A DNA stretch of 62,195 nucleotides, the filler included, from an uncultured bacterium (lineage in GTDB: Bacteria; CAYJOG01), in the NCBI GenBank assembly GCA_964371695.1. It is 20 parts of 20 records of this genome, joined end to end, with 100 filler letters (N's around TTAATTAATTAA, not from the genome) between each part and the next. Parts side by side here need not be neighbours in the genome. Positions count along the whole stretch, not along the records: positions 46,967 to 49,959 come from CAYJOG010000437.1; positions 50,060 to 53,043 come from CAYJOG010000438.1; positions 53,144 to 56,107 come from CAYJOG010000439.1; positions 56,208 to 59,152 come from CAYJOG010000440.1; 16 more parts are not named here. One strand, given 5' to 3'. Shown one piece after another: positions 47,376 to 57,791 of the stretch. Made by a program: the position numbers and the translations under genes. Under the pieces are notes generated by a model that was not told where the DNA came from, searched no databases, and worked only from the letters and a program-made list of their open reading frames with translations. Position 1 is the stretch's first letter. Every line of letters begins with the position of its first letter.

Positions 47376-48809
47376 ATGAGCACACCTGCGTCAACCTTCT
47401 TGCCCGCCTCGCCCCATCCCCCAGTGCAAAATTTGGCGCGCACCAGCCCACCGCTGTTTTTTCTTTCCAGCCTGGTGTTTGTACTCACCGTTTATTCCAT
47501 GCTCCCCACCATGGCCACCCCCGTTTACCTGGGGGGTGGGGTTTTGTTTTTTTACCTGGTTTTTTTCAAACAGCTCACGTCGCTTTATATGTTGTTGTTG
47601 ATGCTGCCCTTCACCGCCCTCAGCCTCTGGCTGGGGTCAAACTTCATTTTTATCGGAGAAGTGTTGTTTGGCGTGCTGTTTTTCGGCTGGTTTGTCCAGA
47701 ACGTGTTTCTGGGAAAACAACCGTTTCAGACCATCCCCAATGCCGCACTTTCCTTCCTCTTCATATTTCTTTCCCTTGTCTCCACCTGGGGATCCTCCGG
47801 CACCGTCATCAACGAAATATTCCAGACCATGGGCATTTTTCTGTGGGCGCCGCTTTTGTGCATGAACCTTGTCAAGGATGAAAAAACCCTTTCAAAAGCC
47901 ATGACGGCCGTCATGATTTCGGGCATTTTGGCGGCGGCCTTCGGCATCCTGGAACATTACGCCGTGGGAGGGCGGATCAAGGGTTTCCTGGGAGAGCCCA
48001 ACAACGCCGCCGCCTACTTCCTGATGAGCATGGCGTTTGTCCTGGGCCGGTTGCTGAATGAACCCCGCCTTTTACAGCGAATCCTGCTCCTGGGAGCCGC
48101 TTTCATGATTTCCACGGCCGTGGTCTGGACCAGTTCACGGGCGGGCATGGTGGGGGGCCTGGCGCTGTTGGCAGCCATCGCTTTTCAACGAGGCCCGAAA
48201 CTGCTTTTTCCTTTGATTCTGGTCAGCGTGGTGGCTTATTACTTTCTTCCTGATCTTGTTTCTCCGGAAGTCATCGAACGGTTCATGAGCATCACCGACA
48301 CCTCCACCGAAAACATCGGGGCGCGAGACTTTCAATACCGCACCGCACTGATTGTGATTGGGCGGGAGCCGCTGCTGGGGGCAGGACCAGGAAATCTCCT
48401 CAACTACACGCTCCAGCACCGAGATGCTGAACTTACCAACTGGGTGGGTCTGGTTCACAACGTTTTTCTTCACATCGGCGCGGAGCGGGGCATCCCGGCC
48501 CTGCTGTGTTTTGTCCTGATTTATATCAACCTGCTGATCAACACCACCCGCGGCATCGCCACTGCCCAAACACTTATCCTGAGACAGGCTTATTTCTCTT
48601 GTTTTGGCTTTTTCTTTGTGTTTCTCGTGGTCAACCAGACAGCTTACTTTCTTTATAAAGGCACCGGCCTGCTCTTTGGTCTGAGCATGGGTCTGGTGGG
48701 CGTGGCCAATCGCATGAGCCAGGAACAACAGGCAGAAACCCTTCGGCTACACGAAGAAACGCTGAAAGAAAGCGCCCCACAGCCCACCCCTGTCCTGTAT
48801 CCGTTTTAA
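47376..48809 (+). CDS. O-antigen ligase family (Wzy_C) protein
   Basis: R..G...PN, TSSRAG, PLLGAGPGN and HNVFL...AERG motifs; multiple TM segments. Confidence 0.9.
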   Translation: MSTPASTFLPASPHPPVQNLARTSPPLFFLSSLVFVLTVYSMLPTMATPVYLGGGVLFFYLVFFKQLTSLYMLLLMLPFTALSLWLGSNFIFIGEVLFGVLFFGWFVQNVFLGKQPFQTIPNAALSFLFIFLSLVSTWGSSGTVINEIFQTMGIFLWAPLLCMNLVKDEKTLSKAMTAVMISGILAAAFGILEHYAVGGRIKGFLGEPNNAAAYFLMSMAFVLGRLLNEPRLLQRILLLGAAFMISTAVVWTSSRAGMVGGLALLAAIAFQRGPKLLFPLILVSVVAYYFLPDLVSPEVIERFMSITDTSTENIGARDFQYRTALIVIGREPLLGAGPGNLLNYTLQHRDAELTNWVGLVHNVFLHIGAERGIPALLCFVLIYINLLINTTRGIATAQTLILRQAYFSCFGFFFVFLVVNQTAYFLYKGTGLLFGLSMGLVGVANRMSQEQQAETLRLHEETLKESAPQPTPVLYPF

Positions 48810-48811
48810 AA

Positions 48812-48849
48812 CCCCTGACAAAACTCCCTCCGTGGAGTTTTGTCAGGGG
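48812..48849. repeat. Perfect 16-bp-stem hairpin (terminator or MITE remnant)
   Basis: CCCCTGACAAAACTCC-CTCCGT-GGAGTTTTGTCAGGGG; the minus-strand loop reads ACGGAG. Confidence 0.7.
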
Positions 48850-48895
48850 ATCTTAATGGCGTTGCAGCCCACGCAGCCTTGCATTATGTTCCTGC

Positions 48896-49348
48896 ATGAT
48901 GGAACAAAACCGCCGCCCCAAAACCTATGAGGGCCTTCAGGGCCACGTGCGGGATCTGAAGCTGCCCCGTCTGGCCACCTGGGCCAACCAGTATCCTGAC
49001 CGGGATTACGAAATCATCTTTCACGTGCAGGAGTTCACCTGTGTCTGCCCCAAAACAGGCCTGCCCGATTTCGCCACCTTCACCATCCGTTATGTGCCAG
49101 ACAAAAAGTGCGTGGAGCTGAAGAGTTTCAAGCTTTATCTCACCGCTTTCCGCGACGTGGGCATTTTTCACGAGCACGTCACCAACCGGATTCTGGATGA
49201 TCTGGTGGGCACCCTGCGCCCCCGGCGGATGCTCATCACCGGGCGGTTTCACACACGGGGCGGCATTCAAACCGACGTGGCCGCCGCCTACCCCACTCTG
49301 GAAGATTTCCCCCCGGCGCTCCGCACGGACAGCACCCAGGGTTTTTAA
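48896..49348 (+). CDS. queF: PreQ0 reductase, type I
   Basis: [27 protein letters not shown] and RGGI motifs. Confidence 0.96.
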   Translation: MMEQNRRPKTYEGLQGHVRDLKLPRLATWANQYPDRDYEIIFHVQEFTCVCPKTGLPDFATFTIRYVPDKKCVELKSFKLYLTAFRDVGIFHEHVTNRILDDLVGTLRPRRMLITGRFHTRGGIQTDVAAAYPTLEDFPPALRTDSTQGF

Positions 49349-49444
49349 CCCGCCCGCGCTGTCGCCCGCCCTGATTTGACGTTAATCTGGCCATCCGCAG
49401 CCCATACACCGGCTGGCGAATCTGCATTTCTGACGGTCCCCCAC

Positions 49445-49959
49445 ATGAGCCAATTCCTGAAATCATCTCTTTCAAGCGCCTGCCAGAAGGCCCTGGGCCA
49501 CACCCCGGAGGAACTGCATCTGGAGCTTTGCAAAGACCCCGCCCACGGTGACCTCGCCAGCAACGTGGCCATGCAACTGGCCTCTTCGCTCAAAAAGAAT
49601 CCCCGCGAAATCGCCCAAGCCATTCAGGGGGTCTTTCAAGACGAAAACGTGGCCAGTGTGGAAGTGGCCGGGCCGGGGTTTCTCAACTTCCGCCTCACCC
49701 CCCAGGCGTTGTTCAGCATTTTCTCAACCCCCCTGCCCACACGGCCTGCGGTGAATCCCGCTGGCCCCCGCGTGAACATCGAGTTTGTGAGCGCCAACCC
49801 CACCGGCCCCCTCACCCTGGGCAACGGACGCCTCGCCAGCGTAGGCGACACCCTGGCCCGTTGTTATGAAACCCTGGGCTGGCAGGCCGACCGCGAGTTT
49901 TACATCAACGATTATGGCAACCAGGTGAACACCCTCACCGAAAGCATCCTGGCCAAAAT
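49445..49959 (+). CDS. argS: Arginine-tRNA ligase (3' partial)
   Basis: HGDLASNVA, VAGPGFLNF, EFVSANPTGPL and EFYINDYGNQ motifs. Confidence 0.96.
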
Positions 49960-50188
49960 NNNNNNNNNNNNNNNNNNNNNNNNNNNNNNNNNNNNNNNNN
50001 NNNTTAATTAATTAANNNNNNNNNNNNNNNNNNNNNNNNNNNNNNNNNNNNNNNNNNNNATCGCTGCTGTATTGGTGCGGTGGGGACACCGCACCTACTC
50101 CGCATTTTTAACCAAATGAACCAGTAGCCACGGGCGCGCCCGGCGGCATATTGATGCTGCCACTATTCCAAAAACCAAGCCGCGCCCA

Positions 50189-52510
50189 TTAACCCGGCAC
50201 GGCCTGGGCCTGGGGGGCGGGCAGAACCGGGGACAACGGCTCGCCGGTGGCGGCGGCGGGGGAAAGCGGCGGCGCCTGGGGGCTGAGGGCTTCGTAATAC
50301 ACCGCCAGGGTCTGGGCCGCCATCGCCCCCAGGTCAAAACGCCGCCGCACGTCCACGCTGGCGAAATCCGCCACCTGCCGGGCGCGGGCTGGGTCTTCGA
50401 GAAACCAGCGGATGGCCTCGGCCAGGGCCGGGGCGTCACCGGGGGGCGTGAGGCGGCCGTTCTGTTTGTCCTGAATGATGTCGTTCACCGCGCCGCCGCT
50501 CGCGCCGATGACGGGGGTGCCCATGGCCATGGCCTCCAGCAGCACGCGGCCAAAGGGTTCCGGGTCGGTGCTGCAATGGGCCACCACATCCAGCTCGCGC
50601 ACCACGGCGGGCACGTCGGCGCGGAAACCCACAAAGTGCACGTGTTTTTCAAGGCCCAGCCGCCGGGCCTGTTCCCGCAGCGCCGCCGCCAGATTCTCTT
50701 TGCCGGGGCTGGCTTCGCCCACCACCGCCACGTCCACCACAAACCCCTGGCGGTGCAGAAGCGCGGCGGCCTCCAGCAACACGGCGTGGCCTTTCCAGTG
50801 GGTGATGCGCCCCAAGATGCCCACCAGCCGGGCCGGGTTGCCCAACTGGGCGCGCAAACCGGCGGGGGGGGTGATGGCGGGGTCGAACTGTTCAAAATCC
50901 ACCCAGCGGTGTACCTGACGCAGGCGGTGTTCGGGCACGCGGAACTCGCGGCGCATCTTTTGCGCGATCATGCCGCTCACGGCGATCACCCTGTCTCCCC
51001 AGGCCATCACGCGGCTGCCCACGTGGGCGCGGTAATCGCCGTGGGCGGTGGTGACAAACGCCACCCGACGTTCAAACTTGCAGGCCAGCCACGCCACCCA
51101 GGCAGGCACGCGGCTGTGGGCGTCCACCACATGCACCGCCCGCTCGCGCATGAGCCGCACCAGGGGCCATACGGCCCTCAGGGCAATCCACGGTGATTTG
51201 CTGTGAACGTTGAGCACCACGTGGCGCGCCCCGGCCAGTTCGATTTCCTCCACCAGCCGCCCGCCGTGGCTCACCACCGTCACGGCGTGGCCCTGTTGCA
51301 CCAGCCAGCGCGAGAGGTCCACCACGCCCCGCTCGTTGCCGCCCATTTTCAGTTCGGGAATCAGTTGCAGCACGTGCAGTTTGTCGTGGGCGAGACGGGC
51401 TTCTGCCAGCGCGCGGCGATACACCGCCTCGGTGCCCGCCGCCATGGCTTCAAGTGAAAACAGGCGCGTGGCTTTTTCCACCGCCAGGGCGGCCAGGTGT
51501 TCGCGCCGGGGCGCGTTCTGGCTCAGGGCCAGCACCGCTCCCGCAAAAGCCACACCGTCTCGCGGCTCCACCAGACAACCCACGGATTCATCCACCAGCT
51601 CCATCAGCCCCGGCACCCGGCAGGCCACCACGGGCACACCCATCAGCATGGCCTCCAGGGCCGCCAGCCCCAGGCCCTCGCTGATGGAGGGCAGGGCAAA
51701 CAGGTCCATGGCCTTCACGGCGGGGCGGGCGTCCACCACGCCGTCGAGCAGGCGCACGCGGTCTTCCAGCCCCAGCTCGGCCATGCGGTGCAGCAGGTGG
51801 CGGCGCTCCGGGCCTTCGCCGATGAGCACAAAACGGATGGGCGCGGCGGGCTGGTGCTGTTTGAGCCAGGCGGCGGCCTCCAGCAGTGTGTCCAGCCCCT
51901 TGAGTTTGCTCAAACGGCCCAGGTTGCCCACCAGAAAACCCCCCGGCGGCAAAAACCCCTCGGCGGTGAGTTGCTCGCGCAACGGCCCCGGCACGGCGTG
52001 GGCAAACTGGGCCAGGTCCAGACCGTTGTACACCACGTCCACGCGCCCAGCGCTCACGCCCAGGTTGCGCACCACGTGGTCGCGCACGCTGTGGCTGATG
52101 GCGATCACCCGCTGGCCCTCGCGCACCACCCGGCTGCCCAGGTGGGCGTTGTAATGGCCGTGGGCCGTCACCACAAACGCCACGCGGGGCAGGCCGCGGG
52201 TGGCGAGAAAACCAATCCAGGCGGGAACGCGGCTGTGGGCATGCACCACCTGAAACCCCCGCTCGCGCACCAACCGGCGTATGGCGGGCACCAGCGCCAG
52301 CATGGTGAACAGGTTTTTGCGGTGAACGGGCAGGGTGATGTGCTCCACGCCCAGGGCCTCCAGGCGCGGCGTGAGCGCCCCGCCACCGCTGAGCACGGTC
52401 ACCTCGTGGCCCCGCTGTTTCAGCCCCTGGGCCAGGGCCAGGGTGTGGGTTTCCACGCCCCCCATGTCCAGTTGGGGCAGCGTGAGCAACACACGCAGGG
52501 GCCGAGCCAT
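50189..52510 (-). CDS. Tandem two-domain GT4 glycosyltransferase
   Basis: Two full GT-B units, each with GGxE, HSRVPAW, VTxHG and Ex7E. Confidence 0.92.
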   Translation of the reverse strand: MARPLRVLLTLPQLDMGGVETHTLALAQGLKQRGHEVTVLSGGGALTPRLEALGVEHITLPVHRKNLFTMLALVPAIRRLVRERGFQVVHAHSRVPAWIGFLATRGLPRVAFVVTAHGHYNAHLGSRVVREGQRVIAISHSVRDHVVRNLGVSAGRVDVVYNGLDLAQFAHAVPGPLREQLTAEGFLPPGGFLVGNLGRLSKLKGLDTLLEAAAWLKQHQPAAPIRFVLIGEGPERRHLLHRMAELGLEDRVRLLDGVVDARPAVKAMDLFALPSISEGLGLAALEAMLMGVPVVACRVPGLMELVDESVGCLVEPRDGVAFAGAVLALSQNAPRREHLAALAVEKATRLFSLEAMAAGTEAVYRRALAEARLAHDKLHVLQLIPELKMGGNERGVVDLSRWLVQQGHAVTVVSHGGRLVEEIELAGARHVVLNVHSKSPWIALRAVWPLVRLMRERAVHVVDAHSRVPAWVAWLACKFERRVAFVTTAHGDYRAHVGSRVMAWGDRVIAVSGMIAQKMRREFRVPEHRLRQVHRWVDFEQFDPAITPPAGLRAQLGNPARLVGILGRITHWKGHAVLLEAAALLHRQGFVVDVAVVGEASPGKENLAAALREQARRLGLEKHVHFVGFRADVPAVVRELDVVAHCSTDPEPFGRVLLEAMAMGTPVIGASGGAVNDIIQDKQNGRLTPPGDAPALAEAIRWFLEDPARARQVADFASVDVRRRFDLGAMAAQTLAVYYEALSPQAPPLSPAAATGEPLSPVLPAPQAQAVPG

Positions 52511-52591
52511 GGGAGGATTGTAAAAGAAGTTCAGCGGCAGGAGGGAGGAAGTTGAAGATGGAAGCTGGAAAAAGAAAAAGCTTCCATCGTT

Positions 52592-52730
52592 CCCTCTCCC
52601 CTTTATGGGGAGAGGGTTAGGGTGAGGGGTCAGATACAGGCAAAAAATCCAAACAGAAATTTGGTTTCTTGCTCTTTATTTAACCCCTCACCCGGCCTAC
52701 GGCCACCCTCTCCCCATAAAGGGGAGAGGG
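52592..52730. repeat. BoxC-like inverted doublet
   Basis: GGGAGAGGGTTAGGGTGAGGGG, a spacer similar to 38662-38715, then CCCCTCACCC-GGCCTACGGCC-ACCCTCTCCCC. Confidence 0.85.
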
Positions 52731-52824
52731 GAATAAGGTGATTTTTCTTTTTTGTTTCAGGCAGGCAGGATGCCTGCCCCACCAAAAGAAAAAACACCAC
52801 CAGACCTACAGCCTCAAGCCGCTC

Positions 52825-52974
52825 TCAAAACACCGCCTGCACAAGCAGCGCCTGTTGCAGGCGGTGGAGGTATTCGGCGCGGGGTATTTCCACCGCGCCC
52901 ATCTGCACCAGCACCGGTGTCACCATCTGGGTGTCCAGCAGCACAAAACCCTTTTCTTTTAACCGGCCCACCAG
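52825..52974 (-). CDS. aat: Leucyl/phenylalanyl-tRNA-protein transferase C-terminal fragment
   Basis: LVGRLKEKGFVLLDTQMVTPVLVQMGAVEIPRAEYLHRLQQAL. Confidence 0.85.
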   Translation of the reverse strand: MVGRLKEKGFVLLDTQMVTPVLVQMGAVEIPRAEYLHRLQQALLVQAVF

Positions 52975-53143
52975 CGNNNNNNNNNNNNNNNNNNNNNNNN
53001 NNNNNNNNNNNNNNNNNNNNNNNNNNNNNNNNNNGGGGGGGGGNNNNNNNNNNNNNNNNNNNNNNNNNNNNNNNNNNNNNNNNNNNNTTAATTAATTAAN
53101 NNNNNNNNNNNNNNNNNNNNNNNNNNNNNNNNNNNNNNNNNNN

Positions 53144-54194
53144 TGTCACGCCCCTTGTGGTGCGCCTGCTGGGAAGCGTGCGGGGGGGCGTGGGGGCCGC
53201 CTCGGTGCTCACCTGCGGATTTTTCTCGGCCCTGTCCGGCTCCAGCCCCAGCGCCCTGGTGGCGGCGGGGGGCATGTTGCGCCCGGCGCTGCTCAAAGGC
53301 GGCATGGACGACCGCCGCGCCGTGGGCCTGCTGACGGTGGCGGGCAGCCTGGGGGTGCTGCTGCCCCCCTCGGTGCCGGTCATCATTTATGGCGTGGTGG
53401 CCCGGCAAGACCCGGTGGACATGTTCCAGGGCTGCGCCGTGGCCGCCGTGGGGCTGCTGGTGCTGTTTTCGGTCATGGGGATGATTTATGGCCGGGGGAA
53501 ACCGGCCCCGGGCGCTTTGCAGGAAACCCAACCAGCGCCCCTGCCCTGGCTGCTGCTGAAAACCATCCCGGTGCTGTTGCTGCCGGTGGGCACGCTGGGG
53601 TTGGTGGCCATGGGTTGGGCCACGGTGCAGGCCGCCTCGGCCCTGGGTGTGTTTTATGTGCTGCTGGTGGAGACCCTGCTTTTTCGCACCCTGTTGGCCA
53701 AAGGGGGCCTGAGCCTGCTGGGGCGATCCCTGCAAAGGGCCGCCTCCATGACCGCCGCCATTCTTTTCATCGTGGCCATGGGCGGCGCGCTCAACCTGCT
53801 CACCACCGAGCTTCAGATCGCCGAACAGGTCACCCAGTTCCTCACCCGACATTTCAAAAACCCCTGGAGTTTTTTGATCGCGGTGAACGTGCTGTTTCTG
53901 GTAGCGGGGGGGCTAATGGACATCTACGCCTCGCTGCTGTTGTTCGTGCCCCTGCTGCTGCCCACTGCCGAGAGCCTGGGCCTGAACATGGTGCATCTGG
54001 GCGTGGTGATTCTGCTGAATCTGGAGGCCGGTTTTGTCACGCCGCCCTTTGCCCTCAACCTGTTCGCCGCCAGCACGTTTTTTGACCTGCCCCTGATGGA
54101 AGTGGCCCGGCGGTGCGGCCCGTTTTTGCTGGCCATGCTGGTGTGGCTGCTGGTGCTCACCTTTGTACCGGGTCTGGTGACCTGGGTGATGTAA
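53144..54194 (+). CDS. TRAP transporter large permease DctM (5' partial)
   Basis: FSALSGSS, GSLGVLLPPSVP and HLGV...NLE.GFVTPP motifs. Confidence 0.92.
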
Positions 54195-54237
54195 AAACCC
54201 TTCGGACCCTCACCTCACTTTCATATAACATCCCGCC

Positions 54238-55293
54238 GTGAGCAAAAAACCGGCCCCCCAAGACACCCCCATGACCTATGCCCAGAGCGGTGTGGACATT
54301 GAACGTGGCGACAGGTCGGTGCAGGCCATCAAGACCATGGTGGCCAGCACCAAAAGGCCCGGTGTGAAAAGCGGCCTGGGGGGCTTCAGCGCCGTGTTCG
54401 ACCCAAAACTCAAGCCCGGCGAACTGCTGCTCAGCACCACCGACGGCGTGGGCACCAAGCTGATGATCGCTCAGCAGATGGGTATGCACGACACGGTGGG
54501 CATTGACTTGGTGGCCATGTGCGTGAACGACCTCACCGCCCAGAACGCCGAGCCGCTGTTTTTTCTCGATTACATTGCAGGCGGGCGGCTGGACACGACG
54601 CTGGTCGCACAACTCATCAAGGGCATGACCGAGGGTTGCAAACAGGCCGGGTGCGCCCTGGTGGGGGGCGAAATGGCCGAGATGCCGGGGTTGTATTCAC
54701 CTGAGCATTACGATCTGGCGGGTTTTGCCGTGGGCAAGGTGCATCAAAAGGAACTGGTGGACGGGCGGCGCATCCGCCCCGGTCAGGTGCTGGTGGGCCT
54801 CGCCGCCAGCGGCCACCACAGCAACGGTTTTTCACTCACCCGCGCCATTCTCAAAAAACATCGCCTGAAACTGAGCCAGCACAATGTTGACCTGGGCTGC
54901 ACTTGGGGCGAGGCGCTGCTCACCCCCACCGCCATCTATCACCCCGCCCGCGCCGCGTGGCAAGGGTTGGGCGTGACGGGCCTCAGCCACATCACCGGCG
55001 GCGGCCTGCCGGGCAACCTCTCACGCATCTTGCCCAAGGGTGCTGGCATCGAAATTTTCACCCACACCTGGGCCCCTTCCCTCATTTACCCCCTGCTGCA
55101 AAAACTGGGCAATGTCTCCCAGTCTGAGATGTTCCGCACCTACAACATGGGTGTGGGGCTGGTGGCCGTGCTGCCCGCCAAACACGCGCCCACCCTGCTC
55201 AACCGCCTGAAGCGCAAAAAAATCACGGCCTTTGAAATGGGCCGCGTGGTGGCGGGCAAAGGGGTGAAATTGCTGCGGGGGCAGGCCCCGTGA
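54238..55293 (+). CDS. purM: Phosphoribosylformylglycinamidine cyclo-ligase
   Basis: TYAQSGVDI, TDGVGTK, GGEMAEMPG, HITGGG and TYNMG motifs. Confidence 0.97.
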   Translation: MSKKPAPQDTPMTYAQSGVDIERGDRSVQAIKTMVASTKRPGVKSGLGGFSAVFDPKLKPGELLLSTTDGVGTKLMIAQQMGMHDTVGIDLVAMCVNDLTAQNAEPLFFLDYIAGGRLDTTLVAQLIKGMTEGCKQAGCALVGGEMAEMPGLYSPEHYDLAGFAVGKVHQKELVDGRRIRPGQVLVGLAASGHHSNGFSLTRAILKKHRLKLSQHNVDLGCTWGEALLTPTAIYHPARAAWQGLGVTGLSHITGGGLPGNLSRILPKGAGIEIFTHTWAPSLIYPLLQKLGNVSQSEMFRTYNMGVGLVAVLPAKHAPTLLNRLKRKKITAFEMGRVVAGKGVKLLRGQAP

Positions 55294-55889
55294 GTTTTTT
55301 CGACACCCTCAAACCCTGGCGCAGGCTGGGGGTGCTGGTGAGCGGCAAAGGCAGCAATCTGACGGCAATTCTCAGCGCCATCGCCGAAGGCCAGCTCATG
55401 GGCGAGGTGGCCTGTGTGCTAAGCGACTCCCCCAGCGCGCCCGCCCTGGAACACGCCAAAAACCATGGTGTTTCTACCCACATTTTCAGACAGAAGGATT
55501 TCTCCAGTCGGCGGGACAGGGACGCCGCCATGGCGCAGTATCTGCGGGAGCAAGGAGTGGACCTGGTTTTTCTGGCCGGTTACATGCGGGTGCTGGACCC
55601 GGTATTTCTCGAATCCGTGGGCGCGCCGGTGTTGAACATTCACCCCTCGCTGCTGCCCAGCTTTCGGGGGTTGAACGCCGTGGAACAGGCCCTGGCGGCG
55701 GGGGTGAAAATCGCCGGATGCACCGTGCATGGCGTGGTTCCAGACGTGGACGCCGGCCCCATCCTGGCCCAGGCCGCCGTGTCGGTAAAAGAAAACGACA
55801 CCGCCGAAACCCTGCACCAGCGTATTCAGGCGCAGGAGCACCGGATCGTGCTGGAAACCCTCTGGCGGTTGCAGCAGAAAGATGGCTGA
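55290..55889 (+). CDS. purN: Phosphoribosylglycinamide formyltransferase
   Basis: VSGKGSNL, LAGYMR, LNIHPSLLP and DAGPI motifs. Confidence 0.97.
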   Translation: MSFFDTLKPWRRLGVLVSGKGSNLTAILSAIAEGQLMGEVACVLSDSPSAPALEHAKNHGVSTHIFRQKDFSSRRDRDAAMAQYLREQGVDLVFLAGYMRVLDPVFLESVGAPVLNIHPSLLPSFRGLNAVEQALAAGVKIAGCTVHGVVPDVDAGPILAQAAVSVKENDTAETLHQRIQAQEHRIVLETLWRLQQKDG

Positions 55890-55944
55890 AGCATTTTCAG
55901 AATTGATGGAGTACGCATCTGGGAGCGGCCAAAGGCCATGTTCA

Positions 55945-56103
55945 CCCCCTCTCCCCTTATAATGGGGAGAGGGTTGGGGTGAGGGGTTTATACAAAAGCA
56001 AAAAAGCCAAAAAAGGTCTTTGTTTTTTGTTTGAACCCCTCACCCGGATGGATTGGCCCCAAAAGGCCAAGCCATCCGACCTCTCCCCATAAAGGGGAGA
56101 GGT
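55945..56103. repeat. BoxC-like inverted doublet with a GGATGG..CCATCC cassette
   Basis: Inverted homolog at 60187-60344. Confidence 0.85.
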
Positions 56104-56207
56104 GAAGNNNNNNNNNNNNNNNNNNNNNNNNNNNNNNNNNNNNNNNNNNNNTTAATTAATTAANNNNNNNNNNNNNNNNNNNNNNNNNNNNNNNNNNNNN
56201 NNNNNNN

Positions 56208-56405
56208 GTGGTGGCCAAGCAGGGGGGGGATTCCTATATCTCTCACCCCGGTCGGCGTCTGGGAGGTTGGGCCACGTTTCAGCCGGTGCTGCGCTGGCAC
56301 CAGCGGCACCTCACCAAACTGGCGTCTGCTCAGTTCCCGGCTGACTGGAAGGTGTTGTCGGCCCCCCCGGCGGACGTGGTGAAAAAGTCGTTGGCAAGTC
56401 CCTGA
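56208..56405 (+). CDS. C-terminal fragment of an unknown protein
   Basis: Open frame from the contig start with host-like codons. Confidence 0.45.
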   Translation: MVAKQGGDSYISHPGRRLGGWATFQPVLRWHQRHLTKLASAQFPADWKVLSAPPADVVKKSLASP

Positions 56406-56440
56406 GAGCTTGGTCGGTTTTATAAGGTGTGTCTAAAACG

Positions 56441-56534
56441 CCCTCACCCGGCTTTCGCGCTTCGCGCTCAGGCGGGCGGGGACGCCCGCCCTACTGCATC
56501 GGCCACCCTCTCCCATGCAAAACACGGGAGAGGG
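56441..56534. repeat. BoxC-like half element with a nested GTAG REP
   Basis: CCCTCACCC-GGC[...GGCGGGCGGGGACGCCCGCCCTAC...]GCC-ACCCTCTCCC..GGGAGAGGG. Confidence 0.7.
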
Positions 56535-56595
56535 AGATTGGCCCGTTTTTTGCGCTGGATTTAATTCGGCTCCCCGCCAGGCCGAAAACAACATC

Positions 56596-57174
56596 ATGGA
56601 ACTCCAGAACCTGACCAATGTCATGAGCATGTTGTCTTCGGCGGGGTTGTACCGCGCCCCTGCTGAAAACAATCAGGTGGCTCTTTTTACCCAGGCCATG
56701 ACCCAGGCCAACGCCAAACAGGCGCTGTCGGTGATCAAGGCCAGCAGCCGCGAGGATTCCCCCAACAGCGTCACCCAGAATCTGCGCGAAAAACTGACCT
56801 CTTATTTTGAGGGAGTCCTGAGCGGCGAAGTGCAGACAAACGGACCCACCGATTTTGAACCCACACCAGAGCTGGAAGGGCTGGTGGAGCGGGTGATCGG
56901 CGGTTCGTTGCCCTACAGCGAAAAGCAGTCGTTCATCAGCCAGACGGTGCGGGAATTTGCCCAGACAGAGCCCAAGGCGCAGGCGGCTTACCTGAAATCT
57001 GCGGCCGAGCGGCTGGTGCAGGCCGAAATTGACAATCCGCAGGAGGAAGAAGCCCTGCCCTCGCAGGTGAACCGCCTGCGGGAGTTTTATCAGGGTCTGG
57101 TCAGCACACTGCAAAGCGCCAGCCAGATGGGTCTTGGTGGCCTAAACAGTTCGCTGCTGGACATTTTTGCTTAA
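56596..57174 (+). CDS. Hypothetical helical protein, paralog 1
   Basis: ATG at 56596; ends SSLLDIFA. Confidence 0.7.
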   Translation: MELQNLTNVMSMLSSAGLYRAPAENNQVALFTQAMTQANAKQALSVIKASSREDSPNSVTQNLREKLTSYFEGVLSGEVQTNGPTDFEPTPELEGLVERVIGGSLPYSEKQSFISQTVREFAQTEPKAQAAYLKSAAERLVQAEIDNPQEEEALPSQVNRLREFYQGLVSTLQSASQMGLGGLNSSLLDIFA

Positions 57175-57232
57175 ACCAAGCGTGCTGAACCTTCTGCTTC
57201 AGTTTTTGGCCAAACCGCCGAAAACCTGACTG

Positions 57233-57766
57233 ATGAACCTTTTGGGCGTGATGCAGCAACAACAGGCGGGGACCAGCTATTTCGACACGCTGGCCCGGTT
57301 TCACACGTCCCGTTCGCTCCAGATATTTGAAAACGCCCAGAAACAACCCCTCAGCGAAGCGCAAAGCAAGATTCGCGAAAGCACCCTGGCGCTCTATCAG
57401 GGCATGGCCAGCGACCTGGGCATGGCGACCTATTCCGCAGGCGGCAGCGCCACGCAGGAGCGACAACCCATCACCGACCGGCGTTTGACGAAGGTGGTGG
57501 ACAAGATCATCAACGCCGAACTTTCATTCGGCGAAAAAAAGATTTTCATGGATGAGTTGCTGGCGGAGTTCGAGGCGACCGCCAATGGCAAAAAAGAGGC
57601 GTTTCTGGCCAAGGTGGATGACCTGCTGAAAGCGGCTGAGAAAAAAAGTGAATTTGAAGGTTCGGTCACCACGCAGGAAAAACAACTGTTGCGTCTTTAT
57701 TACGCACAGCAAGCCTCTGGCGTGGACACCACCCAATCCATGTCGTTACTGGATTTTCTGGGCTGA
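57233..57766 (+). CDS. Hypothetical helical protein, paralog 2
   Basis: Shares its core with paralog 1; ends MSLLDFLG. Confidence 0.7.
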   Translation: MNLLGVMQQQQAGTSYFDTLARFHTSRSLQIFENAQKQPLSEAQSKIRESTLALYQGMASDLGMATYSAGGSATQERQPITDRRLTKVVDKIINAELSFGEKKIFMDELLAEFEATANGKKEAFLAKVDDLLKAAEKKSEFEGSVTTQEKQLLRLYYAQQASGVDTTQSMSLLDFLG

Positions 57767-57791
57767 AACGGTCGGGGTGGCGCGCAGGTGA

